Shown: positions 13,722 through 26,289, counted from the first letter of the stretch. The stretch: 64,000 nt of DNA from Octopus sinensis (GCF_006345805.1 NC_043003.1:30504001-30568000); one strand, 5' to 3'. Program-made: numbers and translations. Notes: a model not told the origin generated them from the sequence alone.

Positions 13722-13843
13722 AAAATATGCTGAATCAGATTTCCTTGAAAAATGCATTTCTTTGAAAAAACATTATTTGGATTCCTACGTTTTAGGTGTC
13801 AGAGATTACGAATATGCAAAAGAAATTTTTTGACGAACAAATT

Positions 13844-14241
13844 GGCGCAGGAGTGGCTGTGTGGTAAGTAGCTTGCTAACCAATCACATGGTTCCGGGTT
13901 CCGTCCCACTGTGTGGCATCTTGGGCAAGTGTCTTCTGCTATAGCCTCGGGCCGACCAAAGCCTTGTGAGTGGATTTGGTAGACGGAAACTGAAAGAAGC
14001 CTGTCGTATATATGTATGTGTGTGTATATGTTTGTGTGTCTGTGTTTGTCCCTCTAGCATTGCTTGACAACCGATGCTGGTGTGTTTATGTCCCCGTCAC
14101 TTAGCGGTTCGGCAAAAGAGACTGATAGAATAAGTACTGGGCTTACAAAGAATAAGTCCTGGGGTCGATTTGCTCAACTAAAGGTGATGCTCCAGTATGG
14201 CCGCAGTCAAGTGACTGAAACAAGTAAAAAAAAAAAAAAGA
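13844..14241 (+). mobile_element. Full-length tRNA-derived SINE (family 1)
   Basis: A/B-box-like head (gtggctgtgtgg...gggttccgtccc), conserved body, internal (TA/TG)n and A-rich tail. Multiple copies in the window. Confidence 0.85.
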
Positions 14242-14384
14242 GTATATGCCAATCGAAATGAAATACAGACTAAAACATTAAAGTGAAAAGAATTAACGTT
14301 TTACTTGTGTTTGCTTTAAATAATTGTAATTAATAATTTAATGTAAATTAAATATACACCATTTTATGCCTGTGCTATTAGGGT

Positions 14385-14738
14385 ACCAAGAACACCATCC
14401 GAGCATGATCATTGCCAGAGCAGCCAACTAGCTTCCATACCCTTGGCACATAAAAAGGGCACCATTCGAGCGTGATTGTTACCAACGTTGCTTCACTGGC
14501 ACATGTAAAAAGATTCGAGCGAGGTCATTGCCAGTACCGCCTGACTGGCCCCTGTGCAGGTGGTACGTAAAAAGCACCCACTACACTCTCGGAGTGGTTG
14601 GCATTAGGAGGGGCATCCAGCTGTAGAAACTCTGCCTGATCAAGACTGGAGCCTGATGCAGCCATCTGGTTGCCAGCCCTCAGTCAAAATCGTCCAACCC
14701 ATGCTAGCCTGGAAAACGGACGTTAAATGATGATGATG
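14385..14738 (+). mobile_element. RTE 3' UTR fragment
   Basis: Ends aaacggacgttaaatgatgatgatg like the other RTE copies. Confidence 0.8.
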
Positions 14739-15164
14739 GTGACCATTTTATGAGAAACAAACATTAATGTTATAAAGTTTAATAAGGGGCTCAAATTTCA
14801 CCCCCTCCCCCAATTTTCAATTTTGAACTTTTACATCCATTTATTTATTTATCTGTCTACCTATTTATCCCGGTGTGTTTATTCATCAAATATATTTGCC
14901 CCAGGAAGACATATCTATCTATCTATCTCTTTATACACACATCTATATGCTTATTGAATTTTAAATTTTGAAAACATGGTTTCTTGCATATTTGAAATAT
15001 CTGTCATCTAAAACATAAGGAAAAAAAAATTTTCGAAAATGTTCAAAATTTTAAATGTTTTTTTTTTTCTTTTTGCATACTTGTAATCTCCCTCATCTAA
15101 AACATAGGAATCCAAAAAATGCATTTTTCAAGGAGAGGTGCAAAACTGCATTAGCCCCCAGATT

Positions 15165-15490
15165 TCATATGGCTGGATACCATTCCTGTTGCCAACGAAC
15201 CCTGTTTCCAAGCAGTTATATTTCACCATGGTGAGGCATGTTTTTCATGGAAGACGTGAGATGAACTTCACTTGTATGAGAGTGATGCTTGTTTACAATC
15301 TTATAATCTCAAGAGAAGGGATGATACATAGACACTCACATAAATATGCTACTGGCTTCTTTCAGTTTCCATTCACTTACCCAAAGGGTTGTGTAATAGT
15401 AAATCAAAGATGCCATGCAGTGGGAGTGAACCCAAGACCACGTGGTTATGAAATAAACTTCTTAAGCACACAGCTATATACTGTTTGCCT
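15165..15490 (-). mobile_element. Decayed SINE (family 1)
   Basis: Reverse complement of the SINE head and body (gccatgcagtgggagtgaaccc; ttctttcagtttcc). Confidence 0.65.
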
Positions 15491-15859
15491 TCCTGTATCA
15501 ATGATTTGATTAAATACAACTGTGAAGTAATCTGTTTTGGATCTATAATAGTGTGGATAATAAGGAAGACGTGAGAACAAGTGATGTAGACTAAGGAGAT
15601 CAACCAAAGTTTGGAATGAATGTAGAAATCATCTTTGTATCTATTGTGTTGTAGATATGTATTTTTGCTTGCTTGAATCAGGTGGAAAATTAGATTATTT
15701 TAGAATATTTTCAGACCAAACTATAACGACCTATCATCTCAGTGTTTTCATGCCAAGATTCATATCATTGTGTCTTTTCCCTTTATATATATATGTTTTT
15801 ACTGTTTCTAGTTATTCCAATAATCTTTATGTTAATACTTCATTGTCTCTAATTTTTTG

Positions 15860-15890
15860 TCGTCTTTCTATTTCAGGTTATCTGATGACG
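15860..15890 (+). promoter_or_regulatory. Splice acceptor of the coding exon of gene A
   Basis: Polypyrimidine tract then TTTCAG|GTTATCTGATGAC (exon from 15877). The junction is identical at 31909(-) and similar at 59614(+). Confidence 0.75.
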
Positions 15891-16264
15891 TTGAAATAAA
15901 AATATTTCACTGACGAGGAATAACCGTTTAAGACTAAAGATAAGTTAATCAAGCTGAGGTCAGTCCGTTTTGGCAGCTTTTGGATGAATGAATGTGAAAA
16001 ACCTCCTTGGAATTGAGATTACTTGCAAACATTCTCACTTAGTTGTGTACTGGAAAATTCTATGTACAGTTAAACTTTGAAAATTTAATTGTCTTGGATA
16101 TCTGGGTATATTTTCTTAACTGGAGCAAGTTTACTGAACCTTTAATAAATGGTTATTAATTACTAGATTCAATCCTAATAATCTACTTGAAATCCTTTCT
16201 TATGAGCCAAAATATCATCACACTTTGTTGAAGATCATCATACAGATAAAATAGATTAATAGAT

Positions 16265-17422
16265 ATGGAAAAGAATGTAGAGCCTGAAAGTATTGATTCT
16301 TCTACTGATGCAGAGGGAAATACAGAAGAGAAATCACATTTATGTGAGGAATTATTCACAAGAAAGAAATTAATTCAACATCAACTAATTCACTCAGTCT
16401 CAAAGCTGTATAACTGTGAAGTTTGTGGAAAGACATTCAATAATAGCAGCTTGTTAACTAGCCACAAAGATATCCACAATGGAGAAAAATTATACCAATG
16501 TTATATCTGTGATGAAATGTTTTCAACAAAGGACAATTTGTCATCTCACACATGTATTCAAACAACAGAAAGACCATACCGCTGTGATATCTGTGGTAAA
16601 ACATTTTCTAGAAGTGGTCAGTTATCTTCCCATAAATTTATTCATTCTGGAGAGAGACCATACCATTGTGATATCTGTGGTCAAACATTTTCTAGAAGTG
16701 GTCATTTAGTTAACCACAAACGCATTCACACAGGTGAAAGGCCATACAACTGTGATATTTGTGGTAAAAAATTTTCTAGAATTAGTGAATTATCTTCCCA
16801 CAAACTTATTCACTCAGGGGAAAAACCCTATAACTGTGATATGTGTGGTAAAAAATTTTCTAGAATTAGTGATTTGTCTTCCCACAAACGTATTCACTTG
16901 GGTGAAAGACAATATCGCTGTCATATCTGTGATAAAATATTTTCTAAAAGTACTGATTTGTCTTCTCATAAACATATTCATTCAGGAGGACGAACATACC
17001 ACTGTGATATTTGTGATACAACATTCTCTCAAAGTGGTAGTTTATCTCAACATAAGCGCATTCATACAGGAGAGAAGCCATACCAGTGTGATATTTGCAA
17101 GAAAAATTTTTCTACTAGCAGTTATTTGTCCACCCATAAACGTACACACACAGGAGAAAAACCTTACCACTGTGATATCTGTGGTAAAACGTTCACTCGA
17201 AGTAGTACTTTATACCAACATAAACCTATACATACAGGAGAAAAACCATACCATTGTGATATTTGTGGTAAAAAATTTTCTACAAATCGTAATGTAACTC
17301 GACATAAACGTATCCATATTGGGAAAAGACCATACCACTGTGATGTCTGTGATGAAACATTTTCTACAAGAAGTCGCTTGTCTTCCCACATACGTACTCA
17401 CACTGGAGAAAGATCATTGTAA
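16265..17422 (+). CDS. C2H2 zinc-finger protein A, 385 aa, 12 fingers (one C2HC) plus one degenerate N-terminal finger
   Basis: Intact ORF with tandem CxxC-x12-Hx3H repeats, TGE(K/R)PY linkers and a short acidic N-terminus. Confidence 0.95.
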   Translation: MEKNVEPESIDSSTDAEGNTEEKSHLCEELFTRKKLIQHQLIHSVSKLYNCEVCGKTFNNSSLLTSHKDIHNGEKLYQCYICDEMFSTKDNLSSHTCIQTTERPYRCDICGKTFSRSGQLSSHKFIHSGERPYHCDICGQTFSRSGHLVNHKRIHTGERPYNCDICGKKFSRISELSSHKLIHSGEKPYNCDMCGKKFSRISDLSSHKRIHLGERQYRCHICDKIFSKSTDLSSHKHIHSGGRTYHCDICDTTFSQSGSLSQHKRIHTGEKPYQCDICKKNFSTSSYLSTHKRTHTGEKPYHCDICGKTFTRSSTLYQHKPIHTGEKPYHCDICGKKFSTNRNVTRHKRIHIGKRPYHCDVCDETFSTRSRLSSHIRTHTGERSL

Positions 17423-17672
17423 CTCTGTGATAAAACATTTGCTAAAATTGGGGGTTTTTTTTCTTTGCTCATATGTGTTCAGTCAAAAGAAAAACCATCA
17501 TAGCACTGTGATATCGTAGTAAAATATTCTTACAAAATGGTACTTTATCTTTTTTTGTGCTGGTGAAAGACCAAATCACTGGGATATCTATAGTGAACAG
17601 GTAATAGAAGTGGTGATTTAACTTATTATCAGTGTAATCACACAAGAGGTAAATCATGGCTATGTGAGATCT

Positions 17673-18535
17673 CATCTTTGCCCACTTAATCCTTGGATTG
17701 TCATGAAGGCAGAATCCTCAAGCACACCCTCCATTGGATTCTGTCAGAAGCAGCTGTCTCCAATTGATCCAGTTGTGTCTCCTGCTAGTTGGGTTTGCTC
17801 ACAAGACCTATCCAACAATTCTTTCCCAAGACATTCTTACCACATGTCTGTAGTATCAGAGAAGAAGTGGCTCTACAAGAAGCACCACTCTAATCTCTGA
17901 GCTATGCACTCTATTGAGTAATGTTACTCCAAAGACCCTTTGGAGGAACCCCAGTTCAGCTGCTTGTATTTGCAATCATATTCTTTTGGTCTTTACCCAA
18001 GATTTATGATCATAGGTAAGAGTTGGCACAAACACAAAATTGAAGATAGCGAGTTTGGCTTTTACACCTACCTCTTTACATCTGATGACTGAATGCTGAA
18101 GCTAGTGCATTACTGCATCAGCTCCTGCAATTCTTGCATTTAATTCAGCCTCATGGCCTCAAGATTCTTAAATTTCTCCTACTTCAGTGGAACCCTACTC
18201 ATATGTAGAGTGCATTGCACAGGCTTCCTTTAGGAGATAAGTGTATCAATCTTTGCAGTACTGATTTTCATTCCTGCTGAGCAGCACTCGGCAGCAAACA
18301 TCAAATGCATGTTGGAGACCACCTTCTAATGAGTTGAGTAGTACCATGTTGTCTGCAAGTTCCAGCCAACTGATCCTACACATTCCCAGTCTGAATGTTA
18401 CTTCCAACCTCTCTGTAAAGATTATGAACAGGAAAGATGACAGTATGCACTTTGGTGAAGTTCAATACCTATATGGAATGGTTTCAACTTATCACCATTT
18501 ATCCAAACAAAAATACTAGGATATTCATATAGGCT
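17673..18535 (-). mobile_element. 5'-truncated RTE-type LINE of a second (Rex3/Expander-like) family
   Basis: 13-bp TSD CTATGTGAGATCT at 17660-17672 and 18536-18548. Minus-strand remnants include GMKISTAK, VFVPTLTY and IQAAELGFLQRV. Confidence 0.75.
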
Positions 18536-18590
18536 CTATGTGAGATCTATGGTAAAATATTTTCTACAGATAACAACATATTTTGTAATA

Positions 18591-18755
18591 CAGTTCTATA
18601 TTTAAGAGATGAGGAATTATGTACATTATTTACATTTGACGGATATTTGTCCTTGTCTTGTTTGTTGTTAACACATTTTGGCTGATATACCCTCCAGCCG
18701 AAATGTGTTAACAACAAACAAGATGAGGACAAATATCCATCGAATGTAAATAATG
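18591..18755. mobile_element. Short hairpin insertion with 16-bp TSD (probably Penelope-derived)
   Basis: AACATATTTTGTAATA at 18575-18590 and 18756-18771. About 65-bp inverted arms around the loop ATATACCCTC (18685-18694). Confidence 0.7.
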
Positions 18756-19961
18756 AACATATTTTGTAATAGATAATTTTTTTTTTTAATCAATGGTATG
18801 GCTTTTACTACATTTTTGTTATTAAAAATTGTTGTAATATCCATTATTACAACACGATGGTAAACTATCTGGAGTATCTTCTTTTATATACACTAAATAC
18901 TTGGTCACTTGAACATTTTACAGTTACTGCTAAAACATCTGATGACCCTGTCCTCAGTCACCATGGCAGTATACATATACTGCCTTTGTCCAGCTTTGTA
19001 CACAGTATCAAATTCCTTCTTATATAGTACTGGGTTATCTTTGTTTCTGCTATTTATTGACACTTTGCATTTTATCATGTTGACTGTTTCAATTTTAGAA
19101 TCTGAACCCTAATTTTACAAGCATAGGGTTATTTCTATGTCATAGATAGAACCCGAAATATATCTTTAATATTAACCATTAAAACAAGTTAATGTGAATA
19201 GTTTGAGATATGGGTCATAGTGTTATTTGAAAGAAAGGTAAATAGAAAAAGGTGTAACAGACCAAGAAACATGTAGATAACAGATAGATATCAAGGAGTG
19301 GATAGTTAACCTAATATCAATGTAAAAATAGACAACCATCTGTCCCGTCTCATACCTTGAGATGGGACTGATCTATATGACTACATGACATCCACTGAAC
19401 AAAGGAAATATAGTAGTAGTTAATGAAATTATAGGATGACCACATCTCATAGTATATAGAGTACACTATGGCACATGTCCAGTTTATTTGCATTGTTAGT
19501 TTATTATGGCAACATGTGAGATGCATTTCCAGAGCATTTCTCACATAATCATGGGTGAAGCCAATAATATATTTCAACTTCAGAAAAACCTGATAACAAT
19601 GAAGATTTCTGTTTGTGATCAGAAACAATCCATCAGGATTATGATGTTATATTGGAGTAAAATATCAGCAGTGAGGACTGAACAGCTACAACAAAACATG
19701 GGGACTGATGGATAGGATGAGGTGATGGCTGGGTATTAAAAGTAGGTGTAATGTTCCACCACCATGTTGCATTTCTTTTGGCTGTGAATTTGGTTCTTAG
19801 CAGTTTATTTTGTATAAACTGCCATTGTTTGCTATATTAGTGATGGTTCTCTGACAAACTTGGTATTACTCTCCTTCAATAGTAAGATGACAAACAGACT
19901 TCTTTCTTCACCATGTTTGACTAGTTGAGAAAACTGAAAACTATCTTTTATTAAACATTGA

Positions 19962-20350
19962 CTGTGTGGTTATGAAATTTGCTTCTCAACAGCATGGTCT
20001 CAGGTTCAGTCCTATTGTGTGGTTCCTTGGACAAGTGTGTTTTCTAGCCATCTACAACATTGTGGGTGCATTTGGTACACAGAAACTGAAAGCAGCCTGT
20101 CGTGTGTGTGTTTGTGTCTCCTTGTCTTGACAGAATGATAGTTGTAAATTAGTGTCACTGTCATACAAATTGTATCATTCACTTCCTCTACTTTGTGAAA
20201 AGGTGTCTGGCTATGAAGTAATCTTACCTTCCTTAGAAACAGGTGAGGATTGCTGACAAGAGCATTCAGTTGTAGAAAATCTGCATCGATAAACATCATC
20301 TGATCCATGCAAGTATAGAGAAGTCGATGCTAAAATGACCATGACAACAA
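19962..20350 (+). mobile_element. SINE (family 1 head, RTE-like tail)
   Basis: ctgtgtggttatgaaatttgc...ggttcagtcc head and a ccatgcaagtatagagaag...atgac tail. Confidence 0.65.
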
Positions 20351-22006
20351 CAGCTTGCTCCTTTTCAATACTAACAGTCCTACTTGTGAGATAACCTGTT
20401 CTATGTCATACTTCAGTATTTCTCCCTGATTATTGACATTACCCATTGAACTTATGTGTAATGTCTTAAAGAAGTATTTTAGCTACCATGTCTATCTTCT
20501 TGAGTTTGTCTTCTGTCTCTGTGTCCATGTAACATTTAAGATGAGGTTACTAATATATTTTGTTTTAGAAATCAAAAAATAATGATTTGATCATCAAGCA
20601 CAGAGTCATATTAAGAAGAAATCCCAGAGCTGTGGCATGAAGTCTAATCACCACACTGAACACAATCTTAGATTGTATGTGGCTTGTGAGGTTGCATCAT
20701 AGAGAAATATGACCATTGTATGTAAAGAATGTGCAAAAATTGGAGAGAAATGATGTAAGTATGCCCCACTGGGTGTGTAATGTGTAGATGAGCTGAGAAA
20801 AAAAGAGTATAAAGGGAATCATGCAATAGAGAAACTGCATTGGTATGGACATTTAAACATATTACCATGTAGCATCCATCTTAATGCAGGCATGGGCCAT
20901 AAAGTTCAACAGGATTCAATAACCTGGAGGGCTGCATCAAGCTCCAATGTCGTGTTTTGGTATGGTTTCCATGGCTGGATGCCCTTCCTTATGTTGATAA
21001 CTTCATAGAGTGCACCTGTTGCTTTTTCTGTGACACTTACAGTTCTGAGGTTGCCAAATAACTTGCAAGGCAGAAAAAGCCTCCCTCATCTAAGCGGGTT
21101 TGTAGTAGATAGAGGGTGAGGCACAGGTGTCTTACTATAGAGGATTAAGAGTGGGTTGGATTAATTTGCAAGAAAATAAAGATTGTAATGATAAGGTGTC
21201 AGTGTATACTCTCAAGGCACAAGAAGGTGATTATAAGAATAGAGACAGGATGAGATAGGGTAAGAATATGAGTGAATGATGAGCAAGGGTGGAAATGTGA
21301 TTATGACAAATAGTAATGGGGATGGAGAAAGTGAAAAGAATAGTGGTTTGGGAAGAAGGTGGTGATAAATGGTAGTACAGGAAGGGTGGAGAGCAACAAT
21401 ATGATAAATTTGTAGAGAGATCAGAAATATGGAAACTGTGAAAGAAGATGGACAGATATAATATAGGCTGATCTCAAGATGTTGAACTTCACAAAGGAAA
21501 ACTACAAATAACAGCATGCTATGTTGGAGAGGACTCATTGAACCCATGCAAGCATGGGAAAGTGGAGATGAAAATGATAGAAAACAGAACATTATTTCCA
21601 TCAGGGAAATGAATTTGCTTGATACAGGCAGGAATTCAACATGCTGTACCAGTATAAACTAAGAATGCATAAGAAACCTAATAATTGCTGCCCATAATTT
21701 ATATATGGTAGATGCACAGGGGCAATAAGCACTAAAAGAACATGGAAAATAAAATGCACTGAAGGTTCCTTAGAAGTTGATAGCTTCTGTTATTTAAAAG
21801 GCATAATTATCAAAGGCTGGTTGTTTGAAAGTAAAGAAGGGGTTAGAAAAAGATTAGGGTGCTATTAACTTTGTTGCTAACAAAGGTCTTTTCCTTCAGA
21901 GTGAAAGGTTGAGTGCATGAAGTGTGATGGTGTATGGGAGAAATTAAATCCTTGTTAATTATTAAATAATTTTACTAAAAAGTTAGATAATTTAACAATG
22001 TACACA

Positions 22007-22402
22007 AGGTGCAAACATAGCTGTATGGTTGAAAAGCTTCCTTCCCAACCATATAGTTTTGAGTTCAGTGTCACTATCGAGCACTTTGGGCAAAGATCTT
22101 CTGTTATAACTCCAGACCAACCAAAACCTTGAGTGAATTTGGTAGATAAAACTGAAAGAAGCTTGTCATGAATATATACGCATGTGTGTACTCTTGTCTT
22201 GACATCATGTATTGGTTGTAAATGAGCATCAACATCATACAAGTGATGTTAATTGTTTCTAGTCTTTCATGAATAAACATGCCTGGGTATAAAACAGGTG
22301 AGTGTTGGCAACAGGAAGGATATCTAACTATAGAAAATCTATCAATAAATTCTGTCCAACTCATGCAAGTATGGAAAAGTGGACATTAAAATAGTCATGA
22401 TG
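22007..22402 (+). mobile_element. SINE (family 1 head, RTE-like tail)
   Basis: Same head and body. Tail catgcaagtatggaaaagtggacattaaaa. Confidence 0.65.
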
Positions 22403-22434
22403 TAAATACGACTATAGTTACTTATCCTCTTATC

Positions 22435-24350
22435 CAGAAATATGCTGCAGAGAGGTATCAAATTGTTGGATCAGGTAATGAAAGTTTTGGAGTGTCATAG
22501 TGCAACTAATTAGTGAGAGAGTTAGTCTAGATGAGATGTAGTTTGGTTTTGTGCCAGGTAGAAGCACCACTTATGCTATATTTCTGGTAAGGCAACTGCA
22601 GGAGAAATACCTAGCCAAAGATAAACCTCTGTACTTGGGTTTTGTTGACTTGGAGAAAGCTTTTGACAGTACCCTGATCCTTATCTGGTGGTCAGTGTGG
22701 AAACTAGGGATAGAGAAGTGGTTGATGAGAGCTGTACAAGCCTTGTACAGGGACGCTACCAGTAAGGTGAGGGCAGGCAACGAGTACAGGGAACAATTCT
22801 GGGTACAAGTTAGAGTTCACCAAGAATCGGTGTTCGGCCCCCTCTTGTTCATCATAGTCCTCCAGGCAATAACAGGAATTCAAGAGAGGCTGCCCCTGAA
22901 AGCTCCTCTATGCTGATGATGTTGCTCTTATAACTGAATCACTACCTCAACTAGAGAAGTTTCAGGTATGGAAGCAAGATCTTGAATCAAAGGGCCTTAG
23001 AGTTAACCTAGCAAAAGCCAAAGTCATTAGTAAGTAGCAAGGCAGACAAATCACAAATCCCTTCAAGTAGATGGCCCTGCTTGATCTGTAGAAAAGGTGT
23101 TGGTAGAAACTCCATAAGATGCATCCAGTGTAAGTTTTGGACTCAAAAGGTGCAATAATATTAGGGTAAGGTTAACAGGGAGACTAACTTTTGTATGTGG
23201 AATGTGCACAGCTACAATAAATACTGAAAATGCACAGAAAATAGACTCCATTAACTGCCGGGGGGGGGGGGTAAGCTAGAGGTGGTAGATAGCTTCCGTT
23301 ATCGAGGTGACCAAGTTAGTAGTGGAGGTGGATGCTCTGAGAGAATAAGGTTAGGCTGGGCAAAGTTGAAAGAGCTCCTACTCCTGCCGGTGACAAAGGA
23401 CCTCTCAAAGTGAAAGGCAGATTGTATGATGTCTGTGTGCGATCAGCTATGCTGCATGACAGTGAAACATGGGTTATAACAGCTGAGGACATGCATCAGC
23501 TTGAGAGAAATGAAGCCAGTATGCTTTACTGGACGTGCAATGTCAGTGTGCATGTTCAACAGAGTGTAACCATCTTGAGAGAAAAGTTAGGTATAAGAGG
23601 AATCAGATGTGGTGTGCAAGAAAGACAACTCTGCTGGTATGGTCATGTGGTCCGTGTAGATGAGGACAGCTGTGTGAACAAGTGCTAATCTCTAACTGTG
23701 GAGGGAACCTGTGGTAGAGGTAGACCAAGGAAAACATGGGATGAGGTGGTGTAGCATGGCATGATCTTTGAACTTTGAGCCTCAGAGAGGCAGTGACTGG
23801 TAAACAAGACCTTTGGTGATGTGCTGTGCTTGAGAGGACATGTCAAAACAAGTGCACCCATGCTGGTGGCATGTAAAGAAGATCTTTTGAATGTTGAGCC
23901 TCACAGAGGCAAAGTGACTGAGTCCCTTTCAATCATTGGGTCTGACAGAGGCAAAGTGGCTGAGTTCCTTTCCAGGTTGAGCCTCGTGGAGGAAAAGTGG
24001 CTGAGTTTCTTTCAAGTGTTGGGCCGCACAGAGGCAAAGTAGTTGAGTTCCTTTCAAGTGTTGGGCCTCACGGAGGCAATGACCAAGTCCATTGGCATTA
24101 TGTCATTGCTTGAGAAGAAGACCCATCAAGCTGAGCAAAATTGCAGTCATGGCAGATACCAGTGTTGTGCAAACTGGCACATAAGTGCACCCCAGTGTCA
24201 CGCAAATGGCATGTAAAAGCACCCTTTACACTCTCAGGGTGACTGGCGTTAGGAAGGGCATCTAGCTGTAGAAAACCATGCCAAATCAGACTGGAGTCTG
24301 GTACAGCCTTCCAGTGTGCCAGCATGGCCAACGGATGTTAAATGATGATG
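22435..24350 (+). mobile_element. Decayed 5'-truncated RTE LINE
   Basis: ORFs 22551-22916 (PGRSTT.AIF..RQLQEK..FVDLEKAFD) and 23410-23688. The 3' UTR has a ~39-bp tandem repeat (~23880-24085) and an (ATG)n end. Confidence 0.9.
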
Positions 24351-24384
24351 TATTCCTGGGCATATCTATAGACCAAAGAAAGCA

Positions 24385-26080
24385 CACTAGTATATGAGAT
24401 GGTATCAGCATACATGTGATCACAAAAACACAAATTTCACAACTTACAGTCAACACAGCATCTGTTGCCACACTGCAAGATTCGTTGGAAAAAAATCGAG
24501 ATGAGAATGCAAGAAATTCAGCATCCCATTCTTTCAAACTCTGTTAGCATAGTTTTCAACTCTCTGATTTCCAAGTAAGTTCTGTACAACCAACACTAAT
24601 GAATCCCATGCTGTCAGCTCAATGGGATTCAGTTTACCTCTGAATTTGCTATCAGATATCAATTCTCTGATCTCAGGTCCAATGAAAATGCCTACTTTCA
24701 GTTTTGCATCATTTTTCTCTGCACCATAAAAGCAATGATACATGATGGTAGTGGCTTGCAGTACCTAAAAGTAAAATTTGAAGTTTTTCATGAGGCCGAG
24801 TTTGACGTGAAGTGGGTGGAAGGAAGATGTTTTATGGGTCTACCAGTGGCATATACTGCACATTGTACCGACCAACTATGCGCTCATCTCTTTTAGGCCA
24901 GTCTTTTACAGTGTAATGATTACTGTTGTTGCGGCTGTTCCAAACACAAGAAGCACATATTTTTGGTATATCAAAGCTGCAGTCATAGGAAGAGAGAAAC
25001 CTTTAAATCACCACAAATATTCCACTTGTGAACCGAGTAATAAACTCCTTTCAGAAAGAGTTCCATCAATTCATAAGTTTCTTCCATACCAACAACATGA
25101 CCCACAGGAATGGAAGGTTTTTCAATACCGTTATGTGACAAAACAGCTTTGAGGCTACCCTTACTGGAGACTATAAACAATTTCCATTCTTTAACCACAT
25201 GCACGTGTCCTAGGTTTTGCATGAGTGCATTAACATCAGTACAGAAACAAGCATTACTTTCTTGCTTGTAAAAGACAGAGAAGCCTTTATGGTGAGAATG
25301 GAAAATGGAAATTTTTGTACCTTGCTGTAGGAGATTCCGTTGTAGTTTGGATCCCACAACTTCTGCCTTTTCCTTTGACAATGCTAGGTCTCTTATTAAA
25401 TTGTTCAAATCTTCTTCATTAAACTAGCCTGGTTCATTTTTCTTAGAATCGCCTATGTAGTCTTCACCAATAGGAGAATCAAGAGGTTCATTGTGCAACG
25501 TGTCAAGTAAAGCATGTGAGAGGGGACCAGTTTTAGAGCCAATTCACAATCTGTATACACAACTTTTGCTTTGGTCTTTGAGAAACCACTAATATTAGTC
25601 ATGCAAAAGTAAGTTAGAGACATGATTGGTTGGCTCACACCATACCATTGATACAGCAAAAGGCATTCCCTTGTTTTCCATTCAGCTACAGTGTAAGCCC
25701 TCAGTAACACACAGTGCAGCATACATGAGGAGCCCACTTGTCTTAATCCCCAACTTTACACCTGAAATAATATTTATAGGCAATGTTCCTCTGCTGGTCA
25801 CGCAGAGCAAATTTTCCACAGACACAACAAAAGTTGCCTGGGTGATTCACACAGCCTCTCCCATTCATGATCTAACACAAGGAACACAGTTAAAACAGTA
25901 ATCTTGTAGAGCAAGAGATATACATACCACAGGCGATGGCAGTGCAAACAACACAGAGTTACCAAGAACAAACTGACATATTTGGCATTGGACATAATAC
26001 ATCGGCACCATCTATTGCTAAACTAAATAATGAACTTTCTCATCATTTGAACCACTAGGTGTAAACTATGTCTCAGTCAT
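24385..26080 (-). mobile_element. Decayed Chapaev3-like (CMC superfamily) DNA transposon
   Basis: Minus-strand pieces: CVNHPGNFCCVCG (~25850), NLIRDLALSKEKAE..LFI.SSKGSLKAVL.HNG..PSIPVGH..WNICGDLKV (ORF 24983-25408) and AKLKVGIFIGPEIR (ORF 24534-24743). Family assigned from remembered motifs; termini not resolved. Confidence 0.75.
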
Positions 26081-26289
26081 ATGGAAGCTGAACCTGAACA
26101 TAATTTTTTAGAAGAAATATGCTTACATGCACTTCTCTTAGGTCTTGCATGAATGGTGGGAAGGATGTTCCCTAAAAAGCCAGATGATTAAAAGTGTAAC
26201 TGAATGTATGAAGAAAAAAAAGATTTATTGCCATAATAGCTAAATTGGCACTCATATGTACTTTGTCATACAACTATACAGATACTGAA

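Larger units (their letters stand above)
13741..15158. mobile_element. Inverted-repeat DNA element with nested SINE and RTE fragment
   Basis: 13741-13825 is inverted relative to ~15070-15134. The right terminus ...GCATTAGCCCC recurs as GGGGCTAATGC at ~36203. The left end is truncated. Confidence 0.6.

Noticed and set aside
13844-13920. Possible tRNA gene
   Set aside because: It is the tRNA-derived head of a multi-copy SINE, with no convincing cloverleaf.
16479-17519. Alternative-frame and antisense ORFs over the ZNF genes (e.g. 16734-17297, 30882-31289)
   Set aside because: Shadows of the 84-bp finger periodicity; no independent coding signal.
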